A stretch of 24,461 nucleotides of DNA from a virus (lineage: Duplodnaviria > Caudoviricetes): positions 1 to 24,461 of the IMG/VR virus record IMGVR_UViG_3300005662_000231; one strand, written 5' to 3'. Position numbers and translations under genes: made by a program. Each line of letters begins with the position of its first letter. Positions within the stretch are counted from its first letter, which is position 1. The notes beneath the pieces were generated by a model. It was not told the DNA's origin, searched no databases, and saw only the letters and a program-made list of their open reading frames with translations. Shown one piece after another: positions 1 to 6,651 of this stretch.

Positions 1-3000
1 ATTAATCATATTTTCATCAAATGGAGCGGCGTTATATTTTGCCTGAGATGCTGCGTCTGTTCCGACAGTCATTTGCCCGTCCATACCTGGAATGCCACCG
101 CCTCGTTGAGGAGCATTGGCACCGCCCAACATATTACCTGTACCAGAACTTGGACCGCCAGGGGCTACAATTGAATCAGTTGAAGAGGTAAAGAACTGCT
201 CTGGAACAATAGAATTATATAATTTATTTTTTTCTTCTCCTTTTAACTGATCTTTTGGCACCGGCAATATTTCATTTATTTTTTTCAAAAAATTTTGATA
301 TAAAGAAAGTGAATATGCTTGATAGTATTTATATTCTCTATTTAAAGGATTATTGCTAGATAAGTTTCTAGATCTCATTATAAACCAATTAAATATTCTT
401 TCCCAATTTTCTAATGTTTTTTGTTTCATATCACTGCTAACTTTTTGAAGAAAATCATAAAAGTTAGATAAAGAAGAAAGGCTTGATAGAGTTAAAGGAG
501 ATCCTCCTGGGTCAGGAGTTGATCCAATTTCATTAGGAGACATTATTAGCATTTTAGCACTAATACGATCAACGACTGGAGATTGTTGAGTTCCAGATTT
601 CAAATATGTTTGAATTTTAGTAGTGTTATCTTTTGCGTTTGCATCAGTGGCTTGAGATTGGAGTTTAAGCTCTGGTACTGCTTTATTTGCAGCATTAATC
701 GAGGCAGTGGTTTTTCCTCCCCAGATTCCATCTACATCGCCTTTGGTTGAAGTTTTACCAACAGACATAATGGTATCAGCTAATTTTTTTTGCTCCTCTG
801 AGCCTTTAGATTTTAACTGTTCAGCTAAGGCTTGAAGTTGAATTTGCATTTCTTTAACAGAAGTATTAGATGCACCTCCCTTTCCACCACCTCCCTGACT
901 TGGAGTTCCACCAGTGGTTATGGTAGGCGCTGGTCCTGATGGTGCATTTGCTCCTCCTGTTGCGGGAACGGGAGCAGCGGGCTTGGCTGGTGCTGCGGGC
1001 TTTGCGGGCGCAGGCGGGGCGGGGGCGGCGGCGGCTTTGGTGGTGACAGTATTTGCTGGCTCGACAGTAGAAGGTATTGCAGTAGTAATTCTTCCACATT
1101 CACTGCAATGTCTTGATTCTACGTGTTTATTACCTTTAGAGCAATAAGGATTAGTGCAAGTGTACTTTACCTGCGCCATTTTAATTAAATTATTTAATTG
1201 GCTTGCATTAGATTTTAAATAATAATCTTGTAAGTCTGTGTGATATTTCTTGTAGTCGGCAGGAAATACATTATTAATGTTTTGAACCCATTGATTAACC
1301 ATTTTGAACAATTGTTCATCGCTGCTAACGGATAATCCCTCAGTCTCTAATAATGGATTAATAGCTTCTTGAACTTCTTCCCAAGTTTTCTTATTTTCTA
1401 TTGCGCTTCTAAAGGCTTCAAGTTTTTGAATGTCAGCCTCAGCTCCTCTGACTTTATAATTATCTCTATATGAATTCATTGCTTCAATTGTAGCATTTAA
1501 TTTATCTATTGATGCATCAATCTCTGGTCCTAAAATTTTTAACCCAGGATTAACTACAGATAATTGATCTAAAGCTTTGCTAGCAGCGCTAGTAATATCA
1601 AAAGATTGTAAAGATGCAACATTAACAATGTTTGAATTTTCTTTTAATTTTTCTTGAAATTCTTTAATTAAATACCCTTTATCTTCTAGGTCTGAAAATC
1701 CAGCAACTAATTCTTGAGGAGTTGTTGCTTGGCTTAATCCTCCCAATAAAGAATCAGCTTCTGATATTAAATTATTTATACCTGGCAAATATAGTTCTAT
1801 AAATTTTTGAGCAGCTGCCTGTCTAAGTGTTTCATTAAAGACAGAGCCATAATAAGTTTTAATTTGTTCCGCTATGGTATTTGCGGCTGCCATAGCTCTT
1901 TCATTATTGACTTGAGGTGGCTGAACCCATTCAATTGTACAATCTAATTCTTCTCCAAATCCAGCCTTTTTATCGAAAATTTTAGCTTTAACTTTGCTAT
2001 CAAAAATAGAATTAATATTATTGACAGCGCCTGGGTTTGCTTTTTCAAAGGATTGAAGTTTTATTGATAATAAGGAGTTTCTTTTGCCTTTATCTGAACT
2101 CCAGTCTTTGTCATTAGTTACTCTTTGATTTGAAGGTCCTAAATCATCAGGATCTGTAATGGTAAATTCTTCATCAATTTCAACTGTTCTTTGAGAACCT
2201 GTTAAATATTGAGAAATGGCTGGAGGCAAACCAGAGGCTCCAGGACTGGATGAAACTAATTTTTCTAATATATGATTTGGCTCAATTTCTTGTTCTGAAT
2301 TAATTCCAAAAATATTTTTTAAAGAAATAAATTGAGCAAATTCTGCTGCGTTTACTCCAGAATTTTCAGAATAAAATTTTGATTTGGGACTGCTTGAAAA
2401 AATATCCCAACTATTAAAATCATTTCCTGATGCAATGCTACTTACAGCAGATTTATATGATTGAATTTGAGAGGCAATTGCTCCGATTGAATCTCCGGTA
2501 ATTGTTTTAATTTTTTGCTCTGCATCCGAGAGCCTCTCTCCTCTTCTTCCTTTTCTTCTTCGATCTTGACCTAATTTAAGTAATCCAAGGGCTTCTGCCG
2601 CTGCTAAAACAGTAGTCTCAACTGTATTTGAGGAGCTTTCATTTTTAGGCAATAATGTTTGAAGAATTTTATTTTGACGATCTAAATTAGTGTGTACTAC
2701 ACCCCAGCCTTCTTGAGCATCTGTTACTCTGGCGCTTGATGGGTGAGCTTTGTGTAATAAAGCTTGACTAGCAGGATCAATTAGATTAGAAACAGCTGAT
2801 TGAGCCTTTTTAAACATATTAATCTTTTGTTCTAAAGATTCAGCTTGTTCATATAAGCCAATTTCTCTTAGACCAGAAGCTAAGTTTACTAAGTCTTGCA
2901 TAAGGTTGCCAGTGGCAGCATATTTATCAATGCTGACGCTAGCAGTCTTAGAAAATTTTTCTTCAGAAATTATGTTCTTTTCTAGTGCTTTGTAATAGAA

Positions 3001-3042
3001 TTCTTTAAGAACACCATCAATAAAATTAGCTTCTTTTTTCAT
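1..3042 (-). CDS. Large multidomain putative virion protein (>1014 aa, 3' end outside window) with Zn ribbon, Pro/Ala linker and peptidoglycan-binding-like motif
   Basis: Absent from the ORF track because it has no stop in the window. I translated it by hand from ATG at 3042 (MKKEANFIDGVLKEFYYKALEKNIISEEKFSKTAS...) and the frame stays open to position 1 (...APFDENMIN). It contains CTNPYC...HCSEC (1096-1158), an APAKPAAPAKP linker, and SVKEMQIQLQAL...DVDGIWGGKTTASI, resembling a PG_binding_1 helical domain. Confidence 0.85.
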   Translation of the reverse strand, partial: MKKEANFIDGVLKEFYYKALEKNIISEEKFSKTASVSIDKYAATGNLMQDLVNLASGLREIGLYEQAESLEQKINMFKKAQSAVSNLIDPASQALLHKAHPSSARVTDAQEGWGVVHTNLDRQNKILQTLLPKNESSSNTVETTVLAAAEALGLLKLGQDRRRKGRRGERLSDAEQKIKTITGDSIGAIASQIQSYKSAVSSIASGNDFNSWDIFSSSPKSKFYSENSGVNAAEFAQFISLKNIFGINSEQEIEPNHILEKLVSSSPGASGLPPAISQYLTGSQRTVEIDEEFTITDPDDLGPSNQRVTNDKDWSSDKGKRNSLLSIKLQSFEKANPGAVNNINSIFDSKVKAKIFDKKAGFGEELDCTIEWVQPPQVNNERAMAAANTIAEQIKTYYGSVFNETLRQAAAQKFIELYLPGINNLISEADSLLGGLSQATTPQELVAGFSDLEDKGYLIKEFQEKLKENSNIVNVASLQSFDITSAASKALDQLSVVNPGLKILGPEIDASIDKLNATIEAMNSYRDNYKVRGAEADIQKLEAFRSAIENKKTWEEVQEAINPLLETEGLSVSSDEQLFKMVNQWVQNINNVFPADYKKYHTDLQDYYLKSNASQLNNLIKMAQVKYTCTNPYCSKGNKHVESRHCSECGRITTAIPSTVEPANTVTTKAAAAPAPPAPAKPAAPAKPAAPVPATGGANAPSGPAPTITTGGTPSQGGGGKGGASNTSVKEMQIQLQALAEQLKSKGSEEQKKLADTIMSVGKTSTKGDVDGIWGGKTTASINAANKAVPELKLQSQATDANAKDNTTKIQTYLKSGTQQSPVVDRISAKMLIMSPNEIGSTPDPGGSPLTLSSLSSLSNFYDFLQKVSSDMKQKTLENWERIFNWFIMRSRNLSSNNPLNREYKYYQAYSLSLYQNFLKKINEILPVPKDQLKGEEKNKLYNSIVPEQFFTSSTDSIVAPGGPSSGTGNMLGGANAPQRGGGIPGMDGQMTVGTDAASQAKYNAAPFDENMIN

Positions 3043-3049
3043 CTATGCC

Positions 3050-3373
3050 TCAAAAGGTTGATTCTTCTAGGTCTAACAACATAAGAGCGTCGGTAAATTT
3101 TTTACCTAATTTTTTTGCTAACGCTGGATTATTAGATATTTCTTTTTTTATGTCTATAAAGGCTTTTTTCAACAAAGCATTTTCTTTTACGCTAGCTTCA
3201 AATTGAGAAAAAGCCTTAATCACTGCGTTGGTTTCTTCAGCTTTTCTTTTTGCTTGTTTAATTTGCTCCTCGCTAGGAAGATGGGACTTTGCCTCTCTTT
3301 CTAGTTCTATGGCTAGATAATTTCTAAATACTTCAGAAGACATTAATGCTTTTAAATCTTGGTCGTTTCCCAT
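3050..3373 (-). CDS. Hypothetical helical protein, 107 aa
   Basis: ORF with AAGGA Shine-Dalgarno just upstream of the ATG, tightly packed with the next gene. Confidence 0.8.
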   Translation of the reverse strand: MGNDQDLKALMSSEVFRNYLAIELEREAKSHLPSEEQIKQAKRKAEETNAVIKAFSQFEASVKENALLKKAFIDIKKEISNNPALAKKLGKKFTDALMLLDLEESTF

Positions 3374-3411
3374 ATATTCCTTTTTGTATCAACTATTATA
3401 TCTTAATATCG

Positions 3412-3774
3412 CTAAATTAATTCAATAATTAAACTATTTTCTTTGACTTCAGAAACGAAACCAAGCAGTAAAGAATCTTCAGATATTTTTTTGTTGGTAA
3501 ACTTGCCAAGCCTACTACAATACAAAAAATCTTTTATTTTAAAATTATCAGGTTCAATCATATTAGTTTCAAAAATCATAGAATCAAACCAAACAGGAAT
3601 CAAATTAAATTCATTAGGATAATCTCCAATTACTCCAAATGGAGAAGCGCCATCAGAAACAGCCGCCGTTCCATCTTTAATAGAGATAATTAATCCGGGT
3701 TCTGGAAAATAAAGAGAGTCTTTAAAAAGAAAATTTGTTGGCTTATCTCTTAAAGACTCAATAACTTTAAACAT
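3412..3774 (-). CDS. Putative head decoration/cement-like protein, short paralog (120 aa)
   Basis: Aligns by eye with 3776..4471: EPGLI..VSDGASPFGVIGD, VW...FETN, FLYC..LGKFT, LLGFV. The pattern is beta-rich and resembles decoration proteins. Function is inferred. Confidence 0.55.
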   Translation of the reverse strand: MFKVIESLRDKPTNFLFKDSLYFPEPGLIISIKDGTAAVSDGASPFGVIGDYPNEFNLIPVWFDSMIFETNMIEPDNFKIKDFLYCSRLGKFTNKKISEDSLLLGFVSEVKENSLIIELI

Positions 3775-3775
3775 A

Positions 3776-4471
3776 TCAGAAATATGTTTTAAATTCTAAA
3801 AAGCTATAAATTGCGGTTGGGGGAGCGGTAACAATTCCTACTGGAGGATAAGTTTCATCAATTCTACTGGTAGATAATTTTCCATCAATTCCACAAAACA
3901 AAATACTATTTAAAGCATACGAAGCAGAGGTATCAAATTGATCTGTGGCTGCAATAATTTTACTAGTCCAAACTGTAACTCTACCAGTTCCTTCTGTAGA
4001 ATTTTCTCCAGGTATACCTGGAACTTGAAAGCTATATCTAACAATAACTCTAATCGAATCAAAGATTCCGCTATTAGTAGAGCTATAATTTAATGGAGTT
4101 CCCGCAGGAACTGTAATTACACCGTTTCTTGCATTTAAAACAACTAATTCAGGAGAACAAACAAACGAATTAGGATAAATATTAGGATTTTCCAATTCAT
4201 ATTTCAAGTCAATTGGAGTAACGTAAGTAGAGCCTGACAAAGTTGGAACAGGGCATGGAATAATACATACTTCATCAACTTTGGCTGATGAAAAGCTTGT
4301 TTTCTTCATATCATCAACGATACCAATAGGGCTAAGACCATCGGAAACACCGCAGACAATTTGATTGCCATAGACTTTAAGTTGAGCAATCATTCCTGGT
4401 TCAAATTCGGAATTCGGATCAACTAGCCAAGAATATGGCAAGCTATTATTGGTATGTAAGATTCTTAACAT
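3776..4471 (-). CDS. Putative head decoration/cement-like protein (231 aa)
   Basis: Motifs FEPGMIAQL..VSDG..PIGIVDD and GTGRVTVW...ATDQFD...Y..NSILFC..DGKLST...VGIVTAPP resemble beta-tulip capsid decoration proteins encoded near protease genes in large phages. Confidence 0.6.
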   Translation of the reverse strand: MLRILHTNNSLPYSWLVDPNSEFEPGMIAQLKVYGNQIVCGVSDGLSPIGIVDDMKKTSFSSAKVDEVCIIPCPVPTLSGSTYVTPIDLKYELENPNIYPNSFVCSPELVVLNARNGVITVPAGTPLNYSSTNSGIFDSIRVIVRYSFQVPGIPGENSTEGTGRVTVWTSKIIAATDQFDTSASYALNSILFCGIDGKLSTSRIDETYPPVGIVTAPPTAIYSFLEFKTYF

Positions 4472-4487
4472 ATTACGACATTATATA

Positions 4488-5414
4488 TCAGCTGCAACGA
4501 CATTTCCAGCGACGCAATCCTTGATTTATGCAAGAATCTGGATCATCTGCAACTTTTTTAGAAGTTAATTTTTTCTTCATTCCACAATGACGCTTGCAAA
4601 AAGATCTTTGTCTTGGAGATCCTACTGGAGATTTTTTCCAACCTTTGCATTTAGGTGCATTGTTTGAATCCCAAGCATCTGAAGCGTCCCAAGAATCCAT
4701 GCAGTCATAAATCATTCCGCAGTCTTGTGCTTGGTTAGAGCAATATTGGCTGCAAAATAAAGCATCATCATCCATAGATTCTCCGCAATATTCGCAAGTA
4801 GATTTTTTATCTTTTGCGTGCATTGAATCAATAACGCCGCCACATTCTGTACAGCAATCTTCTTTAACAGATAATAAATCTTTTGAACTATGATGGTCTT
4901 CATCTTTAGCGTTAAAGACCCATCCTTTATTCTTTAAATTTTTGACCATTTTTTCAGAGGTCAAACCTTTAGTCGCAGAATCAGTTTTGGTTTTTTTTTC
5001 GAAGGGGCTTTTTTTAGATTTTTTTTTTGATGAATCTTTGGCAAAATGATCATCTATTTTACCATGGTCATCTTTTTCTTCATCTTCTTCGTCTTCTTCA
5101 TCTTCTTCGCTCTCATCACTTTCTTCTTCACCCTCCTCATCTTCGCTTACTTCAATTTCAGATTCAGATTCAGATTCAGATTCAGACTCTTCTTCATCTT
5201 CTTTTGGTTCTGCCAAATGTTCTAGCATTTCAGTAAGTTCAGCAGCTTGCTCTTCCATGCCGATTTCGTCAAGCAAATCTGCTGATAATCTAATAAAATT
5301 AACGGCATTATCTAAGCATTCAGCTTCAGATAATTGATCTTGAGATTCAATGTTTTTTAAATTAATCTCGATGAGGTCAGCAAAATCATTTTCTGCAAAT
5401 TTTTTTATAAACAT
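4488..5414 (-). CDS. Mosaic putative head protein: helix-pair motif, acidic tract, Cys/Zn motifs, basic Cys-rich C-terminal domain
   Basis: N-terminus MFIKKFA, motif SADLLDEIGMEEQAAEL, D/E-rich tract, CCTECG, CEYCG..FCSQYC, and C-terminal RQRSFCKRHCGMKKKLTS...DPDSCINQGLRRWKC. Confidence 0.8.
   Translation of the reverse strand: MFIKKFAENDFADLIEINLKNIESQDQLSEAECLDNAVNFIRLSADLLDEIGMEEQAAELTEMLEHLAEPKEDEEESESESESESEIEVSEDEEGEEESDESEEDEEDEEDEEKDDHGKIDDHFAKDSSKKKSKKSPFEKKTKTDSATKGLTSEKMVKNLKNKGWVFNAKDEDHHSSKDLLSVKEDCCTECGGVIDSMHAKDKKSTCEYCGESMDDDALFCSQYCSNQAQDCGMIYDCMDSWDASDAWDSNNAPKCKGWKKSPVGSPRQRSFCKRHCGMKKKLTSKKVADDPDSCINQGLRRWKCRCS
5158..5187 (+). repeat. Hexamer tandem repeat (TCAGAT)x4 + TCAGAC encoding Ser-Glu repeats
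   Basis: Seen directly in the sequence, in frame within the acidic tract of 4488..5414. Confidence 0.85.
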
Positions 5415-5421
5415 ATTTCCC

Positions 5422-5616
5422 TCAAAACTTAGAAGATAATTTTTCCATCATAGCCACTATTTTCTCAGCAGCTTCTGGTTTTTTGGCTTTTTCAAAGCAT
5501 GATGAAGCGTTGTCTAATAATTCTAAAACTATTTTTAATTTAAAATCAGAAGAGTTTAATTTATCTTTTGATTTTAAATTAGATTCCATTGCGTTAGCTA
5601 AATCAAATTTTTCCAT
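5422..5616 (-). CDS. Small helical protein (64 aa), helix-pair motif family
   Basis: DLANAMESNL and NASSCFEKAKKPEAAEKI match motifs in the neighbouring genes. GGTG lies upstream of the ATG. Confidence 0.75.
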   Translation of the reverse strand: MEKFDLANAMESNLKSKDKLNSSDFKLKIVLELLDNASSCFEKAKKPEAAEKIVAMMEKLSSKF

Positions 5617-5669
5617 ATTTCACCGTTATTTTTTATTAAATTTATCTTAATTTAAATATTTTTTTAATT

Positions 5670-6287
5670 TTAAATTTTATTTTTTCTTTCTTCGTATTTT
5701 CTAATGACATCATCTAATGTGGGCATATCTCTTGCCCCAGTAACAAAATCTGAAGGATCTCTTCCTTCTTCTGCTTCGGATAAATAATAATCCATTATAG
5801 GATTTTCACCAATCATGCGAGATGGGCGCAGTTCATCTGACCTCCAGTCATAATTACGATCTTCTATTTGATTTTCATCTTCTCTATCTTTTTTAATTTC
5901 ATCAAATAACCTTGATAATTCTGGATCGGACTCTACTTCATTTAATTCCATCATTTCTTCAGCTTCATTTTTATCTTCTACTTCTTGCATTAAATTATTA
6001 GATGCTTGCAATAAAAGTTGAGCTGTTTTTTCAAAACCCATACTATCTAGTCTTTCAGAAGAATTTAAAATAATTCCAAAAATTTCTTGATAAGATTTTG
6101 ATTCTATTTTAGAACAAGGTTGACATGCAGATGCACACTTGCCTTTGCATGGGCATCCTGAATCGCATTTGCAATCTTTTCCACAAGCAGAGCAGCATTC
6201 TTCTGATTTTGCTTGTTTATGAAATCCAAAATTTTTAGAAATTAAAGAGTTCATTTCAGAAGCAACAAAATTACCAATTTTATTCAT
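5670..6287 (-). CDS. Putative head protein with Cys-rich metallothionein-like segment (205 aa)
   Basis: GAGGA SD, N-terminus MNKIG, FHKQA followed by CCSACGKDCKCDSGCPCKGKCASACQPC, then the motif SSERLDSMGFEKTAQLL. Confidence 0.8.
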   Translation of the reverse strand: MNKIGNFVASEMNSLISKNFGFHKQAKSEECCSACGKDCKCDSGCPCKGKCASACQPCSKIESKSYQEIFGIILNSSERLDSMGFEKTAQLLLQASNNLMQEVEDKNEAEEMMELNEVESDPELSRLFDEIKKDREDENQIEDRNYDWRSDELRPSRMIGENPIMDYYLSEAEEGRDPSDFVTGARDMPTLDDVIRKYEERKNKI

Positions 6288-6294
6288 TTTTTCC

Positions 6295-6561
6295 TCAAAT
6301 TAATTTATAGAGTTGACCTATTTTAACTGATTCTAAATCATTTTTATTTATTAATGATTTTGCTGCCTTCTTCAATGAAGATGCTGTTTTAAGCAAACCT
6401 CTGCTTTCTAATGTCAAAGCCAATTCGGCAAATGTAGCGATATAAGAAGCAACATTTTCTTTATTAGAAGCAGATTTATTAATATTTTCAGATACTTTTT
6501 TAACAGATTGGCTGTTTAAAATTTCATACATATCTGCGTCTAAATTAAATTTTGGTTTCAT
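6295..6561 (-). CDS. Small helical protein (88 aa), helix-pair motif family
   Basis: TAAGGA SD, motif LALTLESRGLLKTASSL, and KSA/KTA sites. Confidence 0.8.
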   Translation of the reverse strand: MKPKFNLDADMYEILNSQSVKKVSENINKSASNKENVASYIATFAELALTLESRGLLKTASSLKKAAKSLINKNDLESVKIGQLYKLI

Positions 6562-6580
6562 TCAAGTCCTTATCAGAAAC

Positions 6581-6623
6581 AAAATAAAAAGGGCAAGCTC
6601 TATATTATACTAGAGCTTGCCCT
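6581..6623 (-). terminator. Rho-independent terminator after the protease/scaffold gene
   Basis: Perfect 13-bp inverted repeat AGGGCAAGCTCTA (6590-6602) / TAGAGCTTGCCCT (6611-6623) with an 8-nt loop, followed on the minus strand by a T-rich tract (TTTTATTTT). Confidence 0.85.
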
Positions 6624-6651
6624 AATTATTAATTTTTTTTACGATTTTTTA

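Noticed and set aside
866-1147. Three short ORFs (866..1099, 914..1147, 918..1103)
   Set aside because: They are alternate-frame or antisense shadows of the GC-rich Pro/Ala linker in the long 1..3042 gene.
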